Of a DNA stretch of 64,000 bases, positions 39,326-53,300 are shown piece by piece. The stretch is taken from NCBI RefSeq assembly GCF_006345805.1, contig NC_043004.1:20522001-20586000 (forward strand), written 5' to 3'. The first letter of the stretch is position 1, and every line of letters begins with the position of its first letter. The notes below the pieces were generated by a model. The model had not been told where the DNA came from. It saw nothing but the letters and a program-made list of their open reading frames with translations, and searched no databases. This DNA comes from Octopus sinensis. Lineage: Eukaryota. The position numbers and the translations under genes were made by a program.

Positions 39326-39705
39326 GTTGTGTGATAAGAAGCTTGCTTTCCAGCCACATGGTTCTGGGCACCTTGAGCAAGTGTCTTCTATTATAGCCTC
39401 GGGTCGACCAAAGCCTTGTGAGTGGATTTGGTAGACAGAAACTGAAAGAAGCCCATCGTATGTGTGTGTATTTGCATGTGTGTGTGTGTGTGTGCATTTG
39501 TATGTGTGTCTGTGTTTGTCCCCCCCACCATCACTTGAAAACCGATGCTGGTGTGTTTACATCCCTGTAACTTAGTAGTTCAGCAAAAGAGACTGGTAGA
39601 ATAAGTAATAAGCTTACAAAAAATAAGTCCTGGGGTCAATTTGTTTGACTAAAGGCAGTGCTCCAGCATCACCACAGTCAAATGACTGAAAAAAAGTAAA
39701 AGAAT
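39322..39705 (+). mobile_element. Family A SINE
   Basis: Matches 10092-10509 with a small 5' deletion. Confidence 0.88.
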
Positions 39706-40069
39706 ATATATATATATATATATATTAACAGAACAATGAGAATAGGACATAACCTAGTTACCATCCTCTCCTCAATTAACAATAGAAAACTGGACACCTA
39801 TCTAAGTAGAAAAAATAATTGAAGTAATACAAACATAAATAATAATAATAACAACTATAATAATAATAATAATAATAATAACAGCAACAATGGAAGTGTA
39901 AATAATAATAGTATTAATACTAACAATAATGATCATGAGAGTATAAGCAATAATAACATTATTGGGACCAACAATAGCCACAGAACTAATAATATAATAA
40001 CTGTCAACCTCATAAACATAAACCCTACTTACCGCACAGAACATGTAATTGTAGAATAAGTAGTAATTG

Positions 40070-40504
40070 TGTATTTAATAATAACTGCATTAGAAAGGGG
40101 GTAGTATATTAATGTATAGTAAGTACACAATTTGACAGCAAAGTATATGTGGATGCGACAAAAAACAATATGAAGCACCGACTTAATTATCATAACTATA
40201 CATTTAGAAACAGAAATAGGAGAAATTCTACAGAGTTAAGTAGCTACATATGGGAACTTAATGGGGGAACTTAATGGGGGAACTTAATGGGGGAATTAAT
40301 TATAATTTAAATTGGAAAATATTAACATCAGCACCTGCATATAATACTAAAGATATAAAGTGTTTGTTATGTATTAATGAAATTTCCTTTCTAATTGGGA
40401 CTAAAATTCTGCTTATTAACAGCTTTAAGGAACGCAACTTTCCTTTGAGAAAGGAAATTTCCTGTCGTCATAAAATTGGTCATACCTTTTCCAAATACCA
40501 CTAG
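40070..40504 (+). pseudogene. Penelope-like element GIY-YIG endonuclease remnant
   Basis: VVY*CIV..KVYVDATKNNMKHRLNYHNYTFRNRNRRNSTELSSYIWEL..NWKILTSAPAYN..KCLLCINE..CRH matches the PLE endonuclease pattern. It is frameshifted by a 13-bp tandem repeat at ~40251-40296. Confidence 0.8.
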
Positions 40505-40993
40505 AACCTAATATTAAAATACCCCTACTGTAATAATTATTATTCGAGTTATTATTGTTGCTATACTGTGTTGTATTATATAATATGTGATAATAATGCA
40601 AATATATGTATAAAAAGGTATATATTAAGTTAGATATAATTATTTACATGTATGTATATGTGAGTATAAATTACTATAGTTGCTACTTTTGTATTTATAT
40701 ATGGATATGTGTGTATATATGTATATTTATGAACATGCTTGTGTATATATATTTATATATGCACACACATATATGTAGGTATAAGTAGATATGTATTTAT
40801 GTATATTTGTGCAAGCACTTGTGTATATATATATTTATGTATGCACACACATATATGTAAGTTTAGATAGATATGTGTTTTTGTTTTCTGCTGGTACCTT
40901 GTGTGTGTGTGGGTATATACATGTGTTTGTGTATATGTATGTTTGTGTATGTGTATATATGTATGTATATGTATATATATGTATATATATGGT

Positions 40994-41056
<63 letters not shown>

Positions 41057-41699
41057 GATGATGATGATGATATATATATGTGTGTTTGTTTGTATATATG
41101 TTTTGTATATGCATATGTATGTATATGGATACAGACATTGATGTGCAACTCCATTACAGAACCAATGAATTGTTTGATTGATTGATTAATTAATTAATTA
41201 GTTGGATGATTGATTGACTGAATAATGGACCTAAATTTTTGAGTATTATTTTATAATTATAGACCTAATTAACCCAGAGTTACCTCCCTTTGTTCTATTT
41301 ATAACTAAGAGAGTATATAAGGATATATATTGAGTTGGTTCATTAATTTAGTAACTAAACACTGTTGCATAGAGAATTACAATTAAAGCACTTTATAGGA
41401 GAATACATTGTAAGCATAATTTTAATGATAAACAACATCTAAGTGAAACAACTTATATGGTAACTTTTGATTGTGAAACAACTTATACATTAACTTTTGA
41501 TATTTTATCCCTTATTTGAATGTGGCCTGAATAACTTCCAACATATATTTTTAACCATATATTATTCATATGAGATAGTAAATATATAAATGATTCCCCT
41601 AGTTAAACAGATGGCTTTTTAATAATTTTGTAATAAATTATCTTTCATATGTAATATATCAAAACAATATCCCCTCAGTAATATCACTTTAACTTAAAA

Positions 41700-41762
<63 letters not shown>

Positions 41763-43156
41763 GAATTCATCTACATTTTGTTTTTGTTTTATTTATATAC
41801 ATTTATATATATATATATTTATATATATATTTTTGCCTAATTTGTTTTGTTATCGGTTATTCATTAACCAACCATAACAAAGTCATGGCCTTTTAAAACA
41901 ATAGATGACCAATTAGATTACAGGACTGACCAAAAACCCCTCCCCACTTCCTGCAGGATTTCAGCTAATTGATAAACAAAAAATAATGGAAAATAATAAA
42001 GTATTATTACCTGGAATAAAGATTAATACCTGGAAATTCATGACTTGTAGTACCAACTAATATCACAGGTATTAATATAAACTCTAACCCACTTATTGTG
42101 GACTTTTGTCTAAAGCCCTCAATAGAAAACATATCACATGTTTATATGAATATATATATCTGCTTGTGTATAATTATTATAATTATATAAAAAGAATAAT
42201 ACGAACTGCTGCAAACAATTACTCTCTTCTCAACACATGTAATACGTATGTACCTATGGGTATGTTTGTACGTAAAAATATATATGCATATATATATGTG
42301 TGTATGTATACGTGTATATACATATATATATTCCTCATGTATATACCTTTTCATTCCTACATGACTACAATAATCTTAAGATACATTGATTTTTTTTTAA
42401 TTTTAAAAACTTTCACATTCCTCTATTTATACTTTATGTAATAAGAATAATATAATACACCTAATAAGAATAATAATAATTGATTCCTTTGTATGCATAT
42501 ACATATACATATGCACATATGCATATACATTTTAATATATGTATATGTGTTTATGTATATTTATGTATATGTGTGTATATTTAAAAGTATGTATATATGT
42601 ATGTATTTATATTTATAACTTAACCTTATGAACTTTCTAAACTCTCTGACAAAGCCCCAAAATACCCCAAGTACCTTAATATTATCTACCAAATACTTCA
42701 GTTCACTGGAGGGATAAAAGTAGAATGGGATACTATGGCCTCTTGGCTGAAACAGCTGCAAGATTTTATCCTGCTTTCTATGTTCTACGTTATATATTTT
42801 AATAATTACTGGTATTTTTATAATTTATATTTTATATATTATATATATAAAGCATAATATGTTATACATGTATGTATATTGCTATAATTGTCTTTTTAAA
42901 AAAATAAATAAATAGACATAATATAATGTCTATAAGTTGATGAATACCAACTCTTGATCCCTTCCATTTTCTTATTGCTATATAAATTAAGGATAAAATG
43001 ACTTTTTACCCTAACCCATTTATTACACCCAGTAATGTAATTACCTTGCAATGAAAAAACACTTGTGTATTAATAATCGGGTATTCTACCATCAGTATAC
43101 TGGATAGATATTATCCCTTAGTTGGTTGGATTCACAACCTCTAACTCTCTTGGGAT

Positions 43157-43196
<40 letters not shown>

Positions 43197-44329
43197 TGTG
43201 TGCGTATGTATGTATGTATGAATGAAGGTAAAAATAACTGAGAGAAAACAAAATACAAGAAAATTTGTTATATTTTTATAGGTACTACACTGGTGTGTGT
43301 GTGTGTGTGCGCGCATGTGCATGCATAGATATGAGCACAGCTTTTCAACATGTGTCAGAATAGGATGTAACTATTGGCAAGGAGAGTGAAAGATCAATGC
43401 CTTACAAACAGAGTCCTTTGTTTATATTTATTCTGCATGGAGTAACAAAAACTACCTTGTCAGTTGGTCTCACTTTCGGAAATTCAGTAAACCAATGATT
43501 GTGCTCTTGGGAAACTGTAACTAAGGAAACCATTGATCAGAAATTGTGATATAAGATAACAATAAATAAAGTCAATACCACCATGGCACCAATGCATAAT
43601 CACAGAGCAGAGAAGGTCACTTGTATTAATTACAGAACTGACATTTGATAAAGATATATTCTAGCTCTAAACTTTTACACATCACACACCATTTGCGATA
43701 CGTCAGTTTTATTTTAGCAATCAAAAAGATAACTATTTGTCATGATTATTATCTTTCTTGTGATGAATCTAATATGTAGAGAGTGAAGACATCAATAAAT
43801 ACTGTTTACCAGTGAAAACACCAATGTATTTTTATTATCACTGCTTTCTTCTGCTTTACAATTAAACAAAACAATATTTTTAACTTAAAACGTAGCCTTC
43901 TGATAAAAAGGATAGCATTTCAAAAATGCCTATTGATGTCCACGGTCTATTTTAGGAACAAAATACTCATAAACATTTGTACTGGTTTTGTCAAAAGTAA
44001 CTGTGATAGAGTTACAATATAAGGCTAAATGTGAAACTATGTAGTTTGACCCTATATCAAGAAGTTCCTCTGATGTATTTGTTATAGCATAGTGGCGTTT
44101 TAATGTATGATAATGTACCAGCATAATCGATATCAGGTAGTTAATACGTAGAATCGTTAGTCTATCAGATAGAACATTCTATGGCAAATGCTTTGGCTCT
44201 TTGTGTTCTGTGTTCAAATCCTGCTGTAGTTTTAAACTCATCTTTCACCTCTCCAGGCTTCATGAATAAAATACCATTCAGCCACAACACACTTTCTGAA
44301 TCAGCTATCTTAGAGGATCATCGTGTACC

Positions 44330-44812
44330 CCCCAGTTCTTATTTCATAATTTTAAGCCTGGTACTTATTCTATTGGTCTCTTTTGCCAAACCACGAAATT
44401 ATGGGGATGCAAACACACCAACACCAGTCGTCAAGCAGTAATGGGGGACAAACACAGAAACAAGGACACACACATATAGATATATATGTATACAACATGT
44501 TTCTTACTATTTCCGTCTACCAAATCCACTCACAAGGCTTTGGTCAGCCTAGGGCCATAGCAGAAAACACATGCCCAAGGTACCACACAGTAGGACTGAA
44601 CCCAGAGCCATGCAATTAGGAATCAAGCTTCTTACCACACAGCCACGCCTGCACCTATATGATGAGCTTCTTAGTGTTTCTGTCTGCCAAATTCATTCAC
44701 AAGGAATTGTTTGGCTTGGGGCTACAGTAGAAGATATTTGCTTAAGGTGTCAGTGAAATTGAACTCAAAACCATATGGTTGGGAGAAAATCTTCTTAACC
44801 ACACAGTTATGC
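44330..44812 (-). mobile_element. Tandem family A SINE copies (one near-complete, one 5' half)
   Basis: Two successive CAAAT(C/T)CA(C/T)TCACAAGG...GAAC(C/T)CA heads. Confidence 0.8.
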
Positions 44813-45676
44813 ATAAACAACTTTAAGGAAAGGAAATAGTGAAGGAAATACATTAGGAAACAAAAATTAAGGGAAGAAGAACAGCTTAAACTTTAGAAAA
44901 ATTTTAATCTTAGTTTAAATATAAATAAATAGATCGACAAATGTTGAAAGCAAATATTAACATAAAGTTGTTGCAAAGTTGATAATTCAGATTCAAATGG
45001 GTGTTATATGATTGGGTAACATTTCCTGAAGTCAAGCAAGAAGATAAATTATATGAAAAGATAATATAAATAAGGAATAGAAAATATTAAAAAGTTGACA
45101 CTTTAAGATGAAAATATGTTTAGAGCTGATTTGTGTTAAGTGCTATAAATGCTATCCTTAATGCACATAATTACACATAATTGCAAATGCCAATTAGTTA
45201 ACTAGATATTGCTTGAAGGGCTAAAATAAAACTTGACATGAATGGAGAACATTTTAATAATGTAAACTGATAAGGGAGAGCCTCTATGAGATCACTTAGC
45301 TTTGTGGAAATAGCTACCATATCTCTCTCAATATTTCTCTGTTTTTGGAAACATTGGATAATGTAGTTTTAAAGTCTGAATAAAAGATAATACGGCTATG
45401 GCTGGAATATAGTTGATCATAAGTCTGCTCAATCATTATTGGCCTGGGGCTAAATGACAATTACAACAATAAGAACAAGATATGTGCTAAAGCACAAGAA
45501 ATTCAAATAAACTGGACCCATGGTTTGATTATTAGTTTTTTAATCAATGAGCCTTAAAGTTCTTATACCATGTAGGAACTCCCCCTACAACAGCTAAACA
45601 TATTCACTTCTCCTAGCCATAAAGCCTTTAGTATTGAAACTGGGTATGTCAGGCCCAAATATTCTACCTGTTGTGT

Positions 45677-45785
45677 AAGGTGGTATCAAAAGTTTCCCAG
45701 ACTAGTTATATTTAATAAAAAAACAATTATTTTACCTAAGTTTTACCATAATCTCCTTTGAAATAGTCACCTTGCACAGCAATCT
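45677..45785 (-). mobile_element. Mariner terminal fragment
   Basis: GGTGGTATCAAAAGTTTCCCAGACT terminus followed by the antisense of a ..QGDYFKGD C-terminus. Confidence 0.55.
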
Positions 45786-46466
45786 TGCAATCTTGATATA
45801 TTTGTGTTACAATCTCACTAAGTAAAATGCTTTGATCACCCTAATTGATGTAACAAATGTTGCTATTGTCAATTGAGTTCTGGATGAAAGCCTCAGCATG
45901 TCATTACTATTTTCTCCATCACTCCTTTTATGCTGCTAGTTAACAGTCATCCACTATTTATCAACCGTATCATGCTATCTCTTTCATACTCTTCTTCAAT
46001 ATTTCCTGCTATTAGTTACCATTTCATAGTAATTTTGTCTCATGTTTGTCTCTTTCTTGCTGCAGAAGTATTCTACCTATATATCTGGTGGCAAAAATAT
46101 CATTTGAGTTTGTCATTCTCTTACGATTTGTTTGTCTGTCTGACTTTATACCTAAGACTGAGTTGCCTAGGTGCTAATTTTGTCTCTATCACAGCTCTTA
46201 AGGATTTCTGATTCTTAAATAACTGCTGGTGTAAAACATTTATTTAGAAATTTACTCTTGAGACTGACTGGGTGACTTCATCACATAACATTTTTACTTC
46301 TTTCTTTTGATCTTTTTCTTTCATATTCATTCTCCGTTTCATCATATTTTACTTGTTACCAGAATCCAATACTACAAACTTCAAAAGCCACCAAGGAATC
46401 TACCACTTTATAGTTATACAGCATGATAGAAATATCTTGGATAAATTAAGCCTTTAACAGAAAAAT

Positions 46467-46526
46467 AGTATAGCTGTAATAGATATTCTCTGATGATGAT
46501 CAGGGAATATCTATTACAGCTATACT
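46467..46526. repeat. Near-perfect 28-bp inverted repeat (hairpin, 4-nt loop)
   Basis: AGTATAGCTGTAATAGATATTCTCTGAT-GATG-ATCAGGGAATATCTATTACAGCTATACT, with one T-G pair. Confidence 0.95.
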
Positions 46527-46665
46527 CTTCTCAACAGGGCTGACACAACTATCTATGACCAATTCCACCAACTTCTCGACTGTCACCACTTCCTAGGTCT
46601 CAATATTTGTAACAACTATCACATACCACTTATCACAGGAGAGGAGTGTTCCATTCTCATTATTG

Positions 46666-46726
<61 letters not shown>

Positions 46727-48491
46727 CCCCATAACATTTCCCTTTTTAAGTTTTTTTTTTTCAGGGAGTGTAATTTTATTTCTTTTTAACAATAATTTTT
46801 ACATCATCCCACCTCCCTTTTTTGAATTTTTTTTCTTTTCATTCAGTTACAAATTTAATATTTTTTTTCATTTGTCATCCACTTCCAGGAACTCCATGCA
46901 TTTTCTTTTTCTTTTGCTTGTGTGTCTGGGTTCAATTATTTGTAGTAGCATTGGTTTTTGGAAAGTATCATATAACCATTTCAATGGTTCTTCCATTCTC
47001 TTGAGTTCACTCTCAACCAATCTTTTTTTTAGTTGATTAATGTTTTCTCTTGTAAACTCATTCTCTTCCTTTTACCAAGTATAGCATTTTTCCTATGTGT
47101 TTGGTAATCATGCCATCTCCCCAACTTTGTTTTCCATTCTTATATGCCCTAAAAAAATACACTTTCACCAATTTTGAAATATCCTGCTGTATTATCCATT
47201 GCAATTTTTCTTTTCTTACCGGGTAGTAATTTGTTAAAGTCTGATTTTATTTTTCTCACAAACAGCAATGGGTAGTTATGTGAGCTTAAGCCATCATTTA
47301 AACCTGTTGAAAAATTTGTACAAACTCGTAACTTATTATTTTTCTTTTGTATGTAGACTGCAGGTGCAACCCAATCTGAGTGGTCTGCCTTTGGGTTGTA
47401 GATTTAATCCATCACCATGTTTGAAACCACTTAGCAAGTATGAGACTAAAGTAGAATCTACTCTATTGGACACATTTAGTCTAGATATTCAGTTCTTGAT
47501 AATTTACTTCCTTTATTTGCTACCAATCTCACTGGCCCTTGAGGATTCATAGGTGCTGCCCTTCCCCTCTCAAGTAGTAAAAGCGGGGAAAATATGGTCA
47601 GTCGCTGATGAAGCTAACCTATGAGCAAAAGGCTCTGCAGCTGTCCATGCTATCTCTCTTTAGGGAGCTTTCTAGATAGCATAATCTAATGTAGCTATTT
47701 TTTCTTTATTTTTTAAGATAAGGAATTTGTCCTAAGTTTAAATGGAAGTTCTGATCACCATACCCAAGCTCTGATTGAACCAGTAATTCAAATATTTCTC
47801 GCTGTTCCAGCTAACTTTAGCTATACAGTGTTGTAAGATTTCACAGTTAATTATATTTCACAAAGCAGGAAGTTGAAACGGAAAGCGGCAACAAGTTTGT
47901 TAGTTTGCTTCTTTCCTCCCTCTTTCTTTTCCTCATTCTCTTTCTCTCTTGGTTATAAATGTCTTATAACATACTTGTCAATGATGGTGGTGGTGATGCT
48001 TATGGTGATGCTGAGAATGGAAAGACAGATCAGTAGTAATTTGTTTCAAGGATTGTGAATAACAATAATTATAATGATGATGATACTGTCTACAATGATG
48101 GTGATAATGCCTAATTACCATTTACAAAAAGTGTGATGTACAGTAATAACAAGATACTCAATCTCTTATATATTATCTTTTTACATAATATCACTTAATC
48201 TTTGCACTCACCTTTAATTAAATATGGAGCTGACTAGTTTCACAGATTTCGATTAATGAAAGATTAGAAGATTTTATAAGTCAATTAAAGAAACAAATGA
48301 AATATCTGAACTTGATAAACCAAATATTTTGTATTCTCAGGATATCTTGTTTTTTCTGCTGTGAAAAATATCAAGGTGAGACTGTTACTGCGCTATTTAA
48401 GTTTGGTAAAATAGTCTTAGAACTGATTTATATATGAATAAGGATAACAGCATGTCTCCAGCAAACACATAATAAATTACAATGACCTTAC

Positions 48492-48572
48492 CTGTTCAAG
48501 TTGTAATCTTAGAGATGCACAATGAGCACCCACCTTCAGAATGCCAGAAGTGCGTTTTTCTAAACCTTTTTT
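48492..48572 (-). other. Candidate 81-bp exon
   Basis: Acceptor TCTTATTCTTTAG|, donor CAG|GTAAGG; open only in phase 0 (KKGLEKRTSGILKVGAHCASLRLQLEQ). Confidence 0.3.
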
Positions 48573-49532
48573 CTAAAGAATAAGAGCATTATTCTTTGCT
48601 TCAATGCAACCATATTTTGTTATTAATGTGCCAATTGAATTCACTATGTAGTAGCTCAAATGTTGAGAAATTAGTCAATTCCTTGAAAAAGAAAAAAAGG
48701 CTTGTTAAATAATGTAGTCCTTGATGCATCATGTCTAAATTAATAAAAGAATAATATAGTATTGTCACAGCTGGAATGCTTTTTATCATGCGTCTGCTAG
48801 ATCAGGGCAGATAACAGCAACAATAACAACAAAAACTACAGACCTTGGCTGTAAACAGCACAAACATGGTTGTGTTAAGAAACTCTTTTCATGAATGTAT
48901 GGTTTCAGGTTTGATCTCATTGCATAGCACTTTGCGTGTGGAATTGAGTAACAGAAATAGGATGGAAGATATACTGATCTATTATGCAGTAGATTTAATC
49001 TATCTCCTGGTTTAAAGGACTTCATAATTAAAATCATTGCCAGTCCCTTTACACTGAGTACTGGGTACATTTCTGTCAAAGAAGCACTAGAAACATAACC
49101 TTCATTACTATTCTCCTGTAAAGAAAGTGCAGCAGGTTCTGTTATAGCACAAACAAGGGAGGTGCATGCCCAGTACACAGCAGATGTGGAGAATACTCAG
49201 TAACCTGTGTCATGTAGACTGAGGAGTGGTATTGGAAAGAGAGCAATAGCAGCAGAAAGGCCAGAAATGTGTAGTTGAGGAGGAGCGGGAGGTAAGAATG
49301 TAAGTGTGGAGAGTACTTTATAAGCGAATCTGTGTATATTTACTCAGGAGACCAAGGAGAGGATGAGACAGAAAGCAAGAAAAAAGAAAGACCAGAATAG
49401 GTGGGAAAGTACAAGAGTATGATAGGAAAATGTGATGGAAAAAGGTGGGGTTAGTTGCAGATGGAGTTGGTCGAGAAGTGACTAGCAATTAGAGAAGTAC
49501 ATAATGGTAAGGGCAGGTGATGAGATAACGAT

Positions 49533-50837
49533 CAGAAGTGCATTCCAGAAGTTTTGAGACATTTTTAGGAGAAAATCCTTTAATATAAAGGAAGTACAAA
49601 ACCGTAATCTCCTTCAAAGTAGGATCCTCTGACTTCAGTTCACTTGTTGTAGTGCTCCAGCTGTTTTATGAAGGCCCTATGGACGGTCTCCTAGGTGAAG
49701 ATGTCCAGGACCCTTGTCACAGCCGCCTTCATCTTCTCAATGTTTACAAAATGACTGCCCTTAAAGTTCTTCAGCTTGAGGTGCAACCAAAAGTCACAGG
49801 GTGCAAGTTATGGAGTGTAAGGAGGGTGGGGTACAGTTATGATGCCCATCTCTCTCAAATAGTCGGTTACCCGGATGGAATTGTGGACTGTTGCATTGTT
49901 CTGGTGCAGGTGCCACTGACCCAAATAGGAAACTTTTGGCTGTTTGCAAAGAAATCTCTACCTGATCTCCCTCAAAACCCCCACAAAGTACTCTTTATTG
50001 GCCATCTGGCCAGAGGGAATGCAGTGGATGCAGATGATGCCCTTGCTGTTGGAAAAGGGGATTACTGGGAGCTTCCTTCCTAGTGGACTTGCTTTGTTTT
50101 GTCTTCTTGAGTCTGGGGGAGCCAGGATACTTCCATTGGGCATTCTGTCTCTTGGTTTCTGGATCATAACAGTAGATTCCGCTTTTGTCATGGGTCACCA
50201 GAGCTTTAAGTGCTTTTGGACTGGAAGTAATGAGCTCAACCATCTCCCATTTGTCATTAATACATCTTTCCTTCCGTTCCTTAGTGAGCACCCTAGGAAC
50301 AGACTTTGCACAAATTTTTCCTGAATAATTCTGTTTACAGTTATCACACCAACTCCAAACTGTATCTTATTGTCTTTATAGACAAACAAGTCTTCTTTCG
50401 GAAAATCATGAATTTTCTCTACCAGCTCTGATCTGATGTCCTACTCTCTCCCACATCTCTCATTCTCACCTCTTCTCTACCATCCTTGAACCTTTCATGC
50501 CAGTGAAAAACAGTTGCTTGGCTCCTACAAGTTAATACATAAGCAATCAGGAGTATTTCATAAGTTTCTGTAGCGTTTTTGTCCAGTTTAACACAACTTT
50601 ATTCCATCCAAATTGTCCCAATGTATCAACTACATTCTTTAAACTGGTTGGCTGTGACAAGCAGCATTTGGTTGAGTGTTTCAAAGTGTTGTTATAGCCA
50701 TCTCCTTCAATACAGAATAACAAAGTTGGCTGGTCAGCTCATTAGAGATATAGTAACAATATATTAAAATTACAATAATCTATGATAGTTATAACTGCTT
50801 CTCCTAAAAAATCTCAAAGCATCTGGAATGCACTTTG
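49533..50837 (-). mobile_element. Full-length but decayed mariner (~1.3 kb) with both TIRs
   Basis: TIRs AAGTGCATTCCAGAAGTTTTGAGACATTTTTAGGAGAA / TTCTCCTAAAAAATCTCAAAGCATCTGGAATGCACTT; motifs VTHDKSGIYCYDPETKRQNAQW, HQNNATVH and PYTP*LAPCDF. Confidence 0.92.
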
Positions 50838-51169
50838 TATGAGTAGGTATTAGATGACAATAGGGGTTATCTGAGGAGACAGTGAGCTGACTGATACTAC
50901 AGTATCAGACAATATAACCACTTATATGTGAGCCTAATGAAAAACAAGGGGATCGGAGTGAAGTAGATGTTAACAGTGGAGATGAAACAGAGACAGGAGT
51001 GACATGAGTAACAGGCAGATGAATGGCTGAGGATGCAATGTAAAGGAACAACAAATGTAAGCTTTGCAGAGTACAAATATATGAGATACATATCTTGGTT
51101 TCTAAACACTACCATTATCTCAGTGTACATTTTGCCATATGTGGACAGGTTTTCTTGAGCTCATGCTGA

Positions 51170-51500
51170 GATCCCCTTTGGTCATGACTGACTGTGGGAT
51201 TGCACCTAGAAAGTTATCCTCCTAGGCACAAGTCTGAGCAAGGTTGTTTATGGAAGACCAGCAGTCACCCATGCATACTGGCCTCCCCTCTCCACGCCAC
51301 CAGTGTTATCCAAGGGAAAAGCAACAGGGGATACAGCTTGGCACCTGTGACGTCACAACTCATTTCTACAGCTGAGTGAACTGGAGCAACATGAAATAAA
51401 GTGTCTTGCTCAAGAACACAACACGCAGCCCAGTCTGGGATTCGAACTCACAACCTCACGATCGTAAGCTTGACGCTCTAACCACTGAGCCATGCACCTT
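51170..51500 (-). mobile_element. tRNA-derived SINE, family B (young)
   Basis: Minus strand TGGCTCAGTGGTTAGAGCG (A box)...GAGTTCGAATCCC (B box), then the body shared with 6140-6478. Confidence 0.92.
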
Positions 51501-51509
51501 CTTCAGCAC

Positions 51510-53300
51510 AGTATATCACTAATCAGTACAGTCTTTTGTTATCGCCTCTATGAGATGCAGTAGCTTCAGGGTAGTCTTCACCATTTCCTCACAAGTTTCC
51601 TTTGGTCTCCCTCTAACTTGTAATGTTCTGTACTTTCTTATACCATAGTCATCCTCCACACACATCTCATGTTTATACCAGTATGGTGACTTCTCTGTAA
51701 TGCCAGAGCATTGATGCACATTAACATTACATACCCGTCAGAGGAGCATGCTGGCTTCAGTTCTTTCTGGACATCTACAATCGTTGCTACCATGCAACGT
51801 CATAGATCTGACATGAGCAATCTACTCTTCACACTAAAGAAAAGGACATTTGTGGTAGCAGTAGTAGTAGCTGACTGAACTTTTTCCAACTCATTCTTAA
51901 CTTAGTTACTTTCCAAATAACCAATTCTTCTCCTAATTTTGTCACCAATGCAGCAGAATATATCAACTACTTCAAGTGAGCCAACTGATCACTTAAAAGT
52001 GACTAATTCTAGTGTACTGTTAGTAAATATTGCTCTAGTGTACTTGCTACATTGGAATCTTATCTTCTCTGTTAGTCTACTTATGATTCTATCATATTTC
52101 TTGCATGTACATAGCTTACACTTCTTTCCTACCAGCAAACAGCTTAGTCTTTGTGTTGTGCAGATAATAGTAATAATGGTACACTCCTCTCATGTGATGA
52201 GTGGTATGTGCTAGTCGCTATAAATAAGGTGTCATTGGTCAGTATAGAGGGAGAATATGTAGTAGATGGTCATAGATAGTTGTCATTTTAGTTGCTTTCC
52301 TACTCTACTGCTATACCAGAGTGGGTGTTATGACAATCCAACATTAAGGATTACAGCACTTTGCTAAAGCCTCTTGATTCTAGGTTTTGCTTCCATACCT
52401 GGAATTATCTTATACAATCATAAATATATGATTATGATGAATAGGAGATGGTTGGGGATTGAACCTTTTTTGTTGCTAAGCTTTTTGTCCCACACTTTAT
52501 TTATTCCACCTTTGTACAAAGCTTGTATAGCTCCCACAAGTTATTCATCTACATTTAGTTTCCTTTGTGATTATCAGTTATAGAGCATGGCATCTTGTCA
52601 AAGGCCTACTCCAAGTCAATAAATGCCAGGTATATTGGTTTATTCTTTGCTAAGTGTTTCTTCTGAAATTGTCTCAATAGGAATATTGCATTCCTGGCAC
52701 CTCTTCTAAGTACAAAGCTGAACTGCATCTCATTGAAGTTGACTTTGATTTAGATCAATTGCTCTATGACTTTCTCCATGATCTTCATAGCCTAATCCAA
52801 TAACTTGATTTCTCTCTTAATTTCTTCTCTCTATAGCATCTCCTTTGTTCTCGTAGCAGTTTACTATGATATTGTTATGCCAGTCATTGAGTATAACACC
52901 TTCCTCTAATATTTGATTAACTATTCAAGTGATTACCACGTATCCTATCTCACCAGACATTTGAGAATTTCAGTAGCTATCAATAAGAGATTAGCAGTTT
53001 TTCCTGCTTCATATCTTTAATTTCTCTATCTACTACACTGCTGTCAACTTGACCTACCAGTCCCTCTATAGAATCTACATAAAGCAGCTCCTCTTTATTC
53101 CATGCATTCTCTGTATTTAAAAGCCTCTATTCACAGTAACAGTAAGTGTGCCTTCATCATTTCAGGTGCCTCAGTTCTCTTTACTTATCCCACAATCCTT
53201 AACACCTCATGCCTCTGATCCTTACATCATACCATGCAAAACTTTTCCTTTCTACTTCTCCTTCCACCTGATGCCGCGTTGTCTTTCTTGATTATGTTCT
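51510..53300 (-). mobile_element. Decayed RTE LINE including reverse transcriptase remnants
   Basis: Minus strand NEMQFSFVLRRGARNAIFLLRQFQKKHLAKNKPIYLAFIDLE*AFDK (~52590-52735) and C-terminal RGRPKETCEEMVK. Confidence 0.85.

Noticed and set aside
47600-47645. CTGATGA-AGCT..AGC-AAAA as a decayed hammerhead (similar weak case at ~35160-35200 minus)
   Set aside because: GAAA is missing and stem I is unconvincing; not distinguishable from chance.
48786-49178. 130-aa minus-strand ORF
   Set aside because: Non-ATG start, no recognisable domain, and its 3' part runs through degraded SINE/repeat sequence.
51430-51500. tRNA gene
   Set aside because: A and B boxes are present but there is no acceptor stem, and it runs into a SINE body, so it is a SINE head.
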